The notes beneath the pieces were generated by a model. The model had not been told where the DNA came from and did not search any database. It saw nothing but the letters and a program-made list of their open reading frames with translations. Shown one piece after another: positions 25,978 to 38,824 of a DNA stretch of 64,000 nucleotides (the first letter of the stretch is position 1; each line of letters starts with the position of its first letter). Source of the stretch: Octopus vulgaris (taxonomy: Eukaryota); contig OX597834.1 of the NCBI GenBank assembly GCA_951406725.2, positions 24,180,001-24,244,000 on the forward strand. Direction: 5' to 3'. The position numbers and the translations under genes were made by a program.

Positions 25978-27970
25978 GTACATCTGCCATCTCTGCATTT
26001 GTTATATGGTTGGTGTTGATGCTGCCGGCAGTAGTGTGGGTGTGGCAGGTGGTAACATGGGGCAAGCGCGGTCAATCCATCAGTGTCAGTGATGAATATT
26101 TTGATCATCATCTGTGGTGGTTATTGATTTTATTAATATTTAGCTGAAGTGACCTCTACAAATTATTAATACAAATATATATATATATATATATATACTC
26201 ATATTTTGAGTTTTATGTTTCCTGTTTACATCAATATACATACATTGTGTGTGTGTGTGTGTGTGTGTGCCGGCATGGCTGTGTGGTAAGAAGCTTGCTT
26301 CCCAACCACATAGTTCTGGGTTCAGTCCCCGAGTGCAAGTGTCCTCTACTATAACCTTAAGTCAACCAAAGTGAATTAGGTAGTCGGAAACTGAAAGAAG
26401 CTCATCATGGCTTTGTATGCGTATGTGTGTGTGTCTTTGTTTGTCCAAGCCACCACTGCGTAACAACTAGTGTTGGTGTGTTTTACACTCCCATAACTTA
26501 GTAGTTCGACAAAGGAGACCAATAGAATAAGTACCAGGCTTTGAAAACACACCAGCACCAGTTGTCATGTTGTGACGGAGGGACAACAGACACAAAGACA
26601 CACATACATGTATGTGTATGTATATGCTTGAGAAGAAGACCCATCAAATTGAGCCAAATCGCAGTCATGACAGATACTGGTGTCATGCAAATGGCACCCG
26701 TGCCAGTGGCACATAAAAGCACCCATTACACTCTCAGAGTGGTTGGCGTTAGGAAGGACATCCAGTTGTAGAAAACCATGCCAAATCAGACTGGAGTCTG
26801 GTGCGGCTTACCAGCCCTGGTCACACAGTTCAACCCATGCCAGTATGGACAATGGACATTAAAGGATGATGATACATTATATAAATTCGTCTACATTTAT
26901 ATAACATGTGTGCGTATGTGTCCATGCATTTAAATTAGTTTTGATCAGGATGTCCAAGCTTTGCCTAGCATCAGGTTTCACCTAAAAATTCCTTAAAAAC
27001 AAGCCCCCAAAATCAAAGCATACGCATACATGTGTGTGCATGCATACACACACACACACACACCCTTCATATCCTTTTGAGTGATGATGATCACGATGAT
27101 GGTTATATTTAAGGATTTAGAACATTGCATGAACAGTCTGTAGAGAAGTGGTTAGATGTGAACCGTTCATGTGTTTAGAGTAATAATAACTATGAACGAC
27201 TTTAATTATAGCTTGCCAAGAGAGGTGGAGAAGAAGTGTGTGTATGTGTGTGTGTGTGTGTGACTGCGTATGTGTGTGTGTGTGTGTGTGTATTGTTATG
27301 AGTATGATTGTGTGCCTGTACATTTGTATGCGACTGCATATGTGCGCATGACAGTTTATACTTATATAAGTGTATTGTGGTGGGGGACATGTAATAATGT
27401 CTCTAAAATGATAATGGTTTAGTGTGCTTGAATGGTTGGTCAGTTGGTTGGTTGGTTCATTGGTAGGCCAGCTGGTTGTTTGTTTGGCTGGCTGGCTGGC
27501 TGGCTGGCTGGTTGGTTGGTTGGCTGGCTGGCTGGTTGGTTGGCTGGCTGGCTGGCCTATCAGTGATGAAATGTTATTGTAGTTAAGATGATTTCAGTTG
27601 ATGATACATTGATAGAGCCAGGCTTAACAATAATTACCAAAGCCACTGATTATAGGGATTTAAAGATCCATAACCAGTTGCTACTGCTGCTGTAGCTACT
27701 ACTACTACTACTGCTGCTGCTGCTGTCTGAACACCCAGTTATTTTGTGTCCATTTGTGATTTGGCAAAGAAGACTAATATGTGTCCATGTATCTGTGTGT
27801 TCCATCATTGTTGGTGATTTATTAACTGAAAACAAACAGTAACCAAAGGCACGTGTCCTCATGGTTAGGGTGTTGGCTGTTCAATCATAAGATTGTGGGT
27901 TTGATTCTTGGACTGGGTGATGCACCATGACCTTGAGCAGAGCACTTAGTTTCACATTGTTCTAGTCTGT

Positions 27971-28283
27971 GGAGGCACATGGCCCAGTGGTTAGAGCAGC
28001 GGACTCGCGGTCGAGGGATCGCGGTTCGAATCTTAGACCAGGCGATGTGTGTGTGTTTATGAGCGAAACACCTAAGCTCCACGCAGCTCCGGCAGAAGGT
28101 AATGGTGAACTTCTGCTGACTTTTTCGCCACAACTTTCTCTCACTCTTTCCTCCTGCATGTTGCAGCTCACCTGCGACAGACTGGCGTCCTGTCCAGGTG
28201 GGGAACCTATATGCCAAGGAAACCGGGAAACCGGCCCTTATGAGCCAGGTATGGCTCGAGAAGGAACAAATAAAAAATAAAAA
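27971..28283 (+). mobile_element. tRNA-Arg-like SINE (family C), young copy nested in an older SINE
   Basis: GGAGGCACATGGCCCAGTGGTTAGAGC..GACTCGCGGTC..GGTTCGAATC with an A-rich tail. TSD ATTGTTCTAGTCT / ATTGTTGTAGTCT. Confidence 0.88.
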
Positions 28284-29280
28284 ATTGTTGTAGTCTACTC
28301 AGCTGAAATGAGTACCAACCAGGCACTGTTCTCCCCTTCTAGCTGTCACATCCTTGATGTTCTGAGTTCAAAAGGGAAAAGACTGAGAGGATATCCATGT
28401 CTACATGTGAATACACAGGTACCTAAAACAATGAGCAAAAGTATGGTATAAGCTGGCAGGTTACTCGTTACTCTTTTACTCTTTTACTTGTTTCAGTCAT
28501 TTGACTGTGGCCATGCCAGAGCACCGCCTTTAGTTGAGCCTATCAACCCCAGGACTTATTCTATCGGTCTCTTCTGCTGAACTGCTAAGTTACGGGGACG
28601 TAAACACACCAACATCGGTTGTCAAGCGATGCTGGGGGGAAAAGCACAGACGCACAATCAACTTAGTTTTTCTCCCATTCAAGGTTGATCAATTAAATAT
28701 CAGTTCAGTGTGGTGGATCAACAGATTGTTAGAGCCTCTGAGAAGATGCATTCTGGTATATCTGTGTTGGTTCTGTATGTTCTGAGTTCAAATCTTGCTT
28801 TTGATAACCATGAAAATGAATCCTATGGGATCTAGCAAAAGCAATGACAACAGACTTAAGGACTCCTTAAACCTAACATTTAAAGAAGTCATATCCAACC
28901 AAATATTCTGTTTTATGTTAAAACTGATCAGATTCAGCTTCTCACACAAGTCCTACAATGTCATTCTAAAAATAAACAATAATGTTGTCAAAGTCTTAAA
29001 GTTATGAGATAATGTATGATTAATTCAAATAATTCAATAAATAGATAAATCATGTTTACATATCTCTCTCTTTCTTTCTCTCTTTTACTTGTTTCAGTCA
29101 TTTGCCTGTGGCCATGCTGGAGCACCACCTTTAGTCGAGCAAATCGACCCCGGGACTTATTCTTCGTAAGCCCAGTACTTATTCTATCGGTCTCTTTTGC
29201 CGAACCGCTAAGTGACGGGGACATAAACACACCAGCATCGGTTGTCAAGCAATGCTAGGGGGACAAACACAGACACACAA

Positions 29281-29331
<51 letters not shown>

Positions 29332-29848
29332 TATATACATATATACAACAGGCTTCTTTCAGTTTCCGTCTACCAAATCCACTCACAAGGCATTGGTTGG
29401 CCCGGGGCTATAGCAGAAGACACATGCCCAAGATGCCACGCAGTGGGACTGAACCCAGAACCATGTGGTTGGTTAGCAAGCTACTTACCACACAGTCACT
29501 CCTGCACCTATATGTGTAATTTGAAGATAAATATGGTTGTTGCTAATGAGACGATAAGCTTTACATTTGACAGTAAGCTGAATGCTTAAAACTTGCACTC
29601 CGTTGGTTGGGACAATGGGCGATCCAGTTGATCTGATCAAGAGAACAGCCTGTTCATGAAATTAATGTACAAGACCATTTGTCAGTTGTTCTCAACTTGA
29701 TAAATGGTGAAAAAAATTATTATTTCAATCAAGAAATCCTGGGTAACGAGATTTGTGGTTTTTTTTATTATAACATTATCTTTACTCACTTAGCTGATCG
29801 AGTGCTATTCTGCTTGTTGACCCCCCTTATCCTATAATATATATATAT

Positions 29849-30150
29849 CACGTGACCGACCAGACCATCAGATGTTGTTACACATCGCTGGTTACAATGC
29901 GATCGCATTGTTTTAGCCTCCTAATGATGCCACCCCGCTGGCTAAGCGAGCAGGCCAACAGAAGAAAGAGTGGGAGAAAGAATGGGTGAAAGAGTACAGC
30001 AGGGATCACCACCCCCTGCTGGAGCGTCGTGGAGCTTTTTTTAAGGTGTTTTCGCTCAATAAACACTCACAACACCTGGTCTGGGAATCGAAACCGCGAT
30101 CCTACGACTGCGAGTCCACTGCCCTAACCACTGGGCCATTGCGCCTCCAC
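29849..30150 (-). mobile_element. tRNA-Arg-like SINE related to family C
   Basis: Minus strand begins GGAGGCGCAATGGCCCAGTGGTTAGGGCAGTGGACTCGC. Its 3' part is shared with segments near 3480-3570, 32306-32510 and 48790-48903. Confidence 0.85.
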
Positions 30151-30151
30151 A

Positions 30152-30182
<31 letters not shown>

Positions 30183-30199
30183 CACACACATAGGAAAAT

Positions 30200-30545
30200 A
30201 GTGTAATCTAAGTATAGAAGGAATGCAGTAATCAATATCTGGAATATCCTGGAAGGGCTTGTGCCAAATTTTAGCATTGAAAACTACACAATGCCAAAGA
30301 TCCCAGTAATGCTATCATGCTTCGGGATCAGTTGCAGCAACAGCCTGGGTTTTAGGGGCCCACAACTTTTTAATATTCTTCCAAAGAGCCTGAGAAACCA
30401 ACACAAAGTGGATGTAGGTGTTTTCAAATTAGAACTGGATCTCTTCTTGTCAAGAGAACCAGATGAGCCTACTTTGTGATAGAAGGTGCAAATGAGGGTA
30501 ACACGATCAAACTCCCTTATTCACCAAATGCCACAGTTTTGAGTT
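30200..30545 (+). mobile_element. CR1/L2-group LINE 3' fragment
   Basis: IWNILEGLVPN...NSLGFRGPQLFNILPKSLRN...FKLELDLFLSREPDEP. Confidence 0.7.
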
Positions 30546-30659
30546 GTGGAGAGCCTGAGAAGGGCATTGCTGGCATTTATCCACAGTGGTATGTAAATGA
30601 TAATTCATTTTAATAGCATACTTTTCTGTGAGAAAATGTTTTTTCTTACATGCACACAT

Positions 30660-31546
30660 GCTAAAATTGTATTTGCAGTAATCTTGTATTTTTCTAGCTG
30701 TGTGGGCTGGAGCCATCTAGGTAGTTTGCTTTAAGCCATCGCAATACCTGGTATCTCAGAGTCTTGTAGTAAGTATTCACATTGATCTTTTCATCAACTT
30801 TGTAGAATTTTATAGGCATTTTCTTTCCATCGGAAGACACAACACCAAAAGCCATAACTTGAGCAGGTTGTTCTGTTTTGAATGTCCCCTTAACCTCAGC
30901 TGTCAATTTTGCGATAAATCTGTCATTTCTGCAGTTCAGAACAGCATTGGCAGTGAAGATCTTTTCACCTGAAAAGATTGTTACAATGGAGGACTTTTTC
31001 TTGAACCATGTAATAATTTTCTTGCTCATTTCCAATCTCTTTTCCTTCATAGCTGTTGTCAACAAGTGTTTTGGTGTTCTTACGTAAGATTTTTACCTCA
31101 AATCATATTTTACTGCATTTCTAATGGTCTTGCTGTCTACCTCAAGTTCAATTGCCATTTTTCTCGTGGATTTGGTTGGATCCTTTAGGATTTTGGATTT
31201 GAGAGCTTTAATAAAAGCTTTGGTACATTTTTTGTTGATTCCTCCACTTCCAGACTTCCTCGTAATAGTTTTGCTCATAGTCATTCTATTCTTTACATTA
31301 TAAACAGTCTTTATGGACATTCCAACTATTATTGAAATCCTTGGTATGACGAGTGCATTCAGCAAATCACACACTCTTTTGCTTTCCTGATTACTCATAT
31401 GGACAAAAGTTTCTGAAAAAGCAAGGATAACATTGTTAGGTATGATTATGACATCAATATATGCTAGGTTTCAACACAATTGACTTAGTGCCTACTGAGA
31501 AAAAACAACTTAACGTTCATTGTAAATTTTGCTTCCCCACCATGTA
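30660..31546 (-). mobile_element. Tc1/mariner-superfamily transposon remnant (maT/DD37D-like), frameshifted
   Basis: HTH-like N-terminus (31093-31398), FS(D)EKIFT...NDR...QVMAFGVV...KIN...Y and APAHTARKIQ motifs. TIR-like TACATGGTGGGGAAGCAAAAT at the 5' end. Confidence 0.85.
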
Positions 31547-31884
31547 TGTGTATATGTATATATATATATATATACACATACATGGTGGGGAAGCAAAATA
31601 TATATATATATATATATAGCTATATATGTCTATATATCTTTGTGTGTGTGTATGTATGTGTGTACATATATATATATTGTTATATTTCAGAATGGTCATT
31701 TTAGCCAATAAAAACACACGCACTATATATTTGGTGTTATTTTGCTTCAGTGTTATTTATTTTTTACATTAATCTTAATCTTATTTATTGGCTAAACTGG
31801 CAAAATGACCATTCCGAAATATAACAATATCTGTTTCAACACACGACTTCACATAAAAAATCTTGCACAACAAATATATAAATG

Positions 31885-31945
<61 letters not shown>

Positions 31946-32617
31946 GGGGGTACATGGCTTAGTAGTTAGGGTGTTGGATTCCTGATCTTGAGATTGTAGT
32001 TTCAATTCCTGGACCGGGTGGTGCTTTGTATTCTTGAGCAAAACACTTCATCTCATGTTGTTCTGCCATCACTTCAACACCTGATGCGTCGCACACAGTG
32101 CACCTGTTCAGACAACATTGATTTGATGAAGCACCTGAGCTAATATGTTGCATGAATATTTGATCGCTATGAGCAATTCATTTGTGCAGGTTGTTTGGCA
32201 AAAGCAGAATGCCCATTTGTCATCTTCTGCGGGATAGTGCACCATATATATATATGTATGTATATATATGTAAGTATGTATGTATATATGTATGTCTATA
32301 TATATAGTGATTAGGGCAGCGGGCTCGCGGTTTCGATTCCCAGACCGGGCGTTGTGAGTGTTTATTGAGCGTAAACACCTATAGCTCCACGAGGCTCCGG
32401 CAGGGGGTGGTGCCGATCCCTGCTGTACTCTTTCGCCGCAACTTTCTCTCACTCTTTCTTCTGTTGGCCTGCTCGCTTAGCCAGCAGGGTGGCGTCATTT
32501 GAAGGCTAACCCGTGCTAGCGCGGAAAACGGACGTTAAACGATGATGATATATATCTATGTATCGTTGGCGATTTTTTTCCTCCGTCTTCTCTTCTTTGA
32601 ATCTTTCCTTTTCCTAT

Positions 32618-32653
32618 GTTTCTGACGAAGAGCTCCGCTTGTAACGTTAAATC
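32618..32653 (+). ncRNA. Degenerate minimal hammerhead motif
   Basis: Reads GTTT-CTGACGA-A-GAGC-TCC-GCTT-GTAA-CG-TT-AAAT, with GAAA mutated to GTAA. Confidence 0.45.
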
Positions 32654-32826
32654 CTCCTCCTTTCTTTCCTTTCCTGAGTGTCCAATAACACTATACTTGT
32701 TCCATGTCCTTGTGTTGTGTTTTCTCTTTGTGTTTTCATGTTTGGATTAACTATATATATATATATATGTATGTATCCAACCCATGCTAGCATAGAAAGC
32801 GGACGTTAAACGACGATGTATGTATG

Positions 32827-32890
<64 letters not shown>

Positions 32891-32965
32891 CATAGGATTT
32901 AACTCCCATTTCTAGCGTGATGGAAAACCACTTAGTGGCATCCCTCTGCATATAACTCTTATATA

Positions 32966-33006
<41 letters not shown>

Positions 33007-34069
33007 TATATATATGTGTATATAAATATATATGTATGTGTATATATGCATATATACACAGATATGCACACAGCGGTGTAGTTATGCTGGAACATTCTCC
33101 GTATTGTGATATGAAAAGTCTTCTACAAGTTGACGTAAGCACTTAATCTCCTGAAAGCACACATCTCTCTCCCTCATCTCTCTCTCTTTCTATCTCTCTC
33201 TCTCTGTCTTTATCTATCTATCTATTTCTGAACTAAAACTTTCATCATTTGATACTGACAAAGTGGATAAGATTTACAACTTAATGATTTCTAAATGATA
33301 TATCATCATCATCACTATCATCATAGTCGTCGTCATCATCATCGTATCATTACCACCATCAATACCATCATCATATGCATCATCACTATCTTCATCATCG
33401 TTACTATCATCACCATCACTCGCATCAACGTCACTACCCCCACCATCACCATCATTATGACCACAGTCAAATGGTTCACCACTACCACCTTCATCATTGC
33501 CACAACCACCACTTCCATCATTGCCACAACCACCACCACCACCATCATCAAATTTCTTATCACCCACAACCATCATCGTCCTCAAATTACATATAATATT
33601 TTTTATGTAAATTTAAACATGATTTTTCTTGTTCGAAAGAAAACTACAAAACTGTTCCTAATGATAATTCATCTCATTTTTCATATTTAACTCACCCCTC
33701 TAACACGCCCTAGTTGTGTTTTCAATTACTATTTAGGGGTTTCATCTTAGATTGTTTGTTTTTTTGTATTTTGATTAAATTTTTGTTTTATCGGTTGTTT
33801 TGTTATTTATCGTTCTCTGAAATAAACAGTTTTTGATGATATTAGAAAGAAAAATATATATATTTATTTTTTAAATGTTGTCTCACCTGTTCACTGTCCT
33901 AATAACTCAGCTGATTTTATTTGTGTCTGTGTATATTTGTGTGTGTATGTGCATGTATTTGTGTGTATGTGCATATTTATGTGTGTATGTATCTATGTAT
34001 ATATATATTGTGATATATGTGTGTATGTATATGTATGTGTTTTTTTATGTGTGTGTATGTATCTATTAC

Positions 34070-34295
34070 TGTATGTATGTATGTATGTATGTATGTATGT
34101 ATGTATGTATGTATGTATGTATGTATGTATGTATGTATGTATGTATGTATGTATGTATGTATGTATGTATGTATGTATGTATGTATGTATGTATGTATGT
34201 ATGTATGTATGTATGTATGTATGTATGTATGTATGTATGTATGTATGTATGTATGTATGTATGTATGTATGTATGTATGTATGTATGTATGTATG
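34070..34295. repeat. (TATG)n microsatellite
   Basis: Uninterrupted tetranucleotide array. Confidence 0.98.
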
Positions 34296-34805
34296 TAGTT
34301 TAAAAGTTTGCTTCTTGACATGATTTCAGTTCAGTTCTACATGGTGGTACTTTGAGAAACAGTTTTGTACTATAGCCCTGGGCCAATCAAAGCCTTGTGA
34401 ATAGATCTGATAGACAGGGACTAAAAGAAACTTATCATATGCACCTGTATGTGTGCATGTGCCTATTACCTTGTCTTGACATCACGCAACTATAGGTATA
34501 AGAGCTTGGCTGGCTGCTATCAGTTTGTGCTGGTTGCTGTTGAGATGTCAGGGGTTCTAGGACCTTGCACTACTGATCTCCTCTGCAAAATAGGGATAGT
34601 GGTGGTTCGTTAGAGGAACGAGCTCCATGAGCTGGAGTAGCTACTGCAGCGAGTGTCGCTGGCCATTCTCCATGGCAATGCCATCACAGTCTTTACTACA
34701 GGTGTGGCTGAGCACTCCATTTGTTCTGGGGTTTGTGACCCATAGCCCCTCCCCTGTGTCTTCTGCTGCTGTGTCCCCACTTTTTTTTTTTTTTAATCTT
34801 TTTAA

Positions 34806-35235
34806 CCCTTTAGCATTCAGATTATTCTGTCAACGGTAGTACTTTTTCATTCACATTGTTTAAAAATTAATCATGCTTTATCTCATAGCTTTGAAATCTT
34901 GCTGATGTAGTTGTATATTTTTGAACTGACATTGAATGGTAGGTGTGATAGGCTGCACCTGGATGGTTAGAACAGTGCTTTTCAAACTTTTTGCTGGAGC
35001 GAAACCTCAAGGAAGCATTCCACTGGCTCGAGGAACCCCTGTGCAATAATTTAATAGTCTTATGCACACATATCTGCACAGGAGAATTAAAAATTACTGC
35101 CGATTTTAGCAGTTTTGTAACTTCTTGCGGAACCCCTGGACTGTACTGGCGGAACCCTGGTTGAAAACCACTGGGTTAGAACATAAAATAGGTGGTATAT
35201 TTGGGGCAGATATGACTGGTTTAAATGCTAAAGGG
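34806..35235. mobile_element. piggyBac-type MITE containing a nested hAT MITE
   Basis: TTAA|CCCTTTAGCATT...AATGCTAAAGGG|TTAA. Confidence 0.85.
34973..35173. mobile_element. hAT (Charlie-like) MITE
   Basis: CAGTGCTTTTCAA...TTGAAAACCACTG ends with an exact 8-bp TSD GGTTAGAA (34965-34972 and 35174-35181). Confidence 0.88.
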
Positions 35236-37306
35236 TTAAAGTTCACAGCAATTGTAAAACAAGTATCATCATCCTAGAAGCAGTGCCTTTCATTTTCAAT
35301 CTGCCATAAAAACATGTCTGATCATGAGGAAGTATTACCTTGCATGGAAACAAGTAAGTGTTGGCACCTAGCCAAAGAGAATCTGCCTCGATAAATTCCG
35401 TTTGACTCATGTAAGCATGAAAATTTATCATCATCCTAATCATCGTTTACCCTACATATTCCATGCTGGCATGAGTTGGATGGTTTGAGAAGATTTGACA
35501 AGCCAGAGGATGGTGCTGAGTTCCAGATGTCTAATTTGGCATGAATGCTTCTTCCTAATGCCAACCACTTTACAGAGTTTGTGTGTGTGATACATACATA
35601 CAAACTCATATGCACACATATATGCACACACACACACAGGTATATGCACCCAGATACATAAGTGCAGTTATAGTTATGCAACAAAGAAAATTGCTTTGCA
35701 ACCAAGTGGTTTTGGTTTCATTTCCGTGACACCTTTGACAAGTTTCTATCATAGCGTCATGTTAACCAAAGACTTGTACCAGAGCTAAACTGAATGATAG
35801 ATTAAACCTCAACCTCCAAAGAATGAAGAATGGCCCTTCCAATAGGTTTTCATACATTCCATTTACCAAATTTCTTTCACAAGACTTTGGTTGACCTGAG
35901 CTTATAGTAGAAGACATTGGTCCAAAGTGCTGCAGGGTGGGATTGAACCAGAAACTATATCATTGCAAAGCTAACTTGCTGACTGCACAACCATAGTTGC
36001 ACTTGTATGTCAATGTATATATATATATATATATATATACATATATTTGTATGTGGATGTGTGTTTATGTGTGCATTTATATATATTTAGCCATTAGTCT
36101 GTATGATGCAGTGGGTAGATGCATTTCTATTTAACACTTAGTTGAAAAAACAGTTCTTCTTTGTGACAACATTTGTGTTTGTAGGTATGTGTATGTATAT
36201 ATACATGTGTTGTTATATGCATATTTGTTTGTGTATATACATATGTATGTATATTACATGTATGTGAATATTATATGCATTCATACATGTGTAGGTATGT
36301 AAATGCACATGGAGAGACACACACACACACACATACATATACACCCACCCAGCTTAACACAAAGCAACTTAACTAAATAACAAACTAAAACAATGTAAAC
36401 TATATAAGAAACTAATAAAAATTAAATAAAATCACCTAATTAACTACTAATCTGTTTCACAAGTAATTAACCTTGACTGAAACCTAAACTTAAAATTCAT
36501 AAATATAAATATTTCATTTCTGAAGCACCTCTTTTTCTTTACTATCCTTCTACCTCATAACTCCCTTAAAACTATCCCCTAACTCCCCATCTCAACTCCC
36601 TCTACCCCTCCTCCTTCTCTCTCATCATTTTTCACTCCATTAATTTAAAAAATTTTTTCTCTTTGCTCTTTATTTTTTTTACTTTTCCTATTTTTTAAAA
36701 AAAGTTATTCTTTTTTATATTAATATTTTTTTTTTTATTTTTCATTTTTTTTTTACTAATTCTTTTTATTTTGTCTATATAATATTTTCTAGATTTAAAA
36801 AATATATATATTTTCTTTAATTTTTTTTTTTTTTCTAATTTAAAAAAAAAATATTTTCTTATTTTTAAATGTTTTCTCTTCTGTATTTTCCATATATTAA
36901 TTTTTTTTTATTTTCTTATTTTTTGTTGATAATGAGATCGGATCAATTCAGTAACTAAATCCATCATTATAGTCTTTTTTTTTATTTATTGCTGTTATTA
37001 TTATTATTAATGATTTTTTTTATATGCTCTCTCCCGCCCTCTCTCCCTCCATCCTCCATCTGAAAGACCTCATTTTCATGATTATTAGTCTTTATGATGC
37101 ATTTAGATTAGTTTCTATTTAACACTTGGTAGTAAAAGTAGTTACTCCTTGTGAGGAAACATCTGATAGTTTTTCTTAGTATTGGATCTGTACTACATCA
37201 TATACACATACATATAGTTACACCACAAATCAAAAAAAAAAACAAGCTAACCAAAGCTTGTAGAAAAATAATACAAAAACAAAGAAAAAAACTATATTTT
37301 GTTAGA

Positions 37307-37414
37307 ATGACATCAGAATGGAATAATTTATACCATGACAACTATAATTATAGCTACAGCAGTTACAATGATTGGCGCTGCTTCTACACCCAGTATGGAT
37401 ATTACTGGGAAGAG
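37307..37414 (+). CDS. Candidate alternative upstream coding exon (Tyr/Asn/Trp-rich, 36 aa), in frame with the Myo6 exon
   Basis: Non-repetitive ATG-initiated frame MTSEWNNLYHDNYNYSYSSYNDWRCFYTQYGYYWEE ending at a phase-0 donor GAG|GTAATG. The Myo6 exon starts GTT GCC ATG, so the join is in frame. No transcript evidence. Confidence 0.45.
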
Positions 37415-37472
37415 GTAATGTTGAGTGTGACATTATTGTTATCAACACTGTGTGTGTGTGTGTGTATGTATC

Positions 37473-37503
<31 letters not shown>

Positions 37504-37586
37504 GAGTGTCAGGTACTTATTTTGGTCTGTCCATTTAAAATTGCATGTATCTTTGTGTGTGTATGTATGTATGTGTTTTTGTGTGC

Positions 37587-37617
<31 letters not shown>

Positions 37618-37641
37618 GTGTGTTTGTGTTTGTGTACTAGT

Positions 37642-37689
<48 letters not shown>

Positions 37690-38021
37690 GCTGTGTGGTT
37701 AGGGAGCTTGCTTCCTAGCTATATGGTTTCGGGTTCAGTCCCACTGCGTGGCACTTTGGTTAGGTGTCTTCCACTATAGCCTCGAGCCGACCGGAGCTTT
37801 GTGATTGAATTCGGTAGGTGGAAGTTACTGCCGTGTGTGTATGTGTGCGTATAGCTGCTCAGTGCCTCTCCGAAAGAGAGAGAGGGATATATATATATAT
37901 ATATATATCAAGATTGCCAGATCAAGATTGGAGCCTGGTGCAGCCATCTGGTTCGCCAGCCCTCAGTCAAAATCGTCCAACCTATGCTAGCATGGAAAGC
38001 GGACGTTAAACGATGATGATG

Positions 38022-38055
<34 letters not shown>

Positions 38056-38774
38056 CTATATAGGAGTGCGATTATGCATGTATGTGCATTTGTATGTAAC
38101 TTTCTGTTTGTACATGTGTTTGTGTGTATGAATGTATGTATATATGTGTATGCTTTTATATAGATACATGTATGTATATATGTGTATGCTTTTATATAGA
38201 TACATACGTGTATGTGCATTTATGTGTAATGGCTTGTGCACAAGTGGTTAGGATGTTTGATTCATGATTGCAAGGTTGCAGGTTCAGTTACTGGACCAAG
38301 TAGCATGTTGTATCCTTGGCTAAGACCCTTCGTTTCACATTGACCCATTCCATTCAACTGAAATTAAGTTGTCTGCTGCAGAATGACACCTCACAGGATC
38401 TTAATCCCAAATCTTACAAATGTATGATGTTAGTGACCCTTGAAGGCTATAATACATTGGATGATGATGTTGATGATCGTGTGTGTGTGTGTGTGTGCAT
38501 GTTTCAGTGTGTGCGTATGTGTGTGTCAGCAGACGTGTGTTTGTGGAGGCAGGGTCAATGGTTGTTGTTTAACACCAGATCAGATCTGATTAAGCAAGCC
38601 TATGATCAAAGGCGTTCCAACCATGACGATCCAGTCTTTTTTCCTTCTCTGCCGGAGAACCCAATCACCACATTACCAAACATTTCTCTTTTCTTTTCTT
38701 TAAGATGAGAAAGATTTAACTGCTATTTCTAGTAGTGTGAGCTACCATGTAGAACTCCCTCATTAGCTCAGCGC

Positions 38775-38824
<50 letters not shown>

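Noticed and set aside
27971-28045. tRNA-Arg-like gene, and similar heads near 10099, 10815 and 31946
   Set aside because: These are SINE heads continuing into repeat bodies, with no intact acceptor stem or Pol III terminator.
33274-33690. Poly-His, Thr-rich and Asp/Gly-rich ORFs
   Set aside because: Degenerate (CAT/CAC)n repeat that is open in several frames on both strands.
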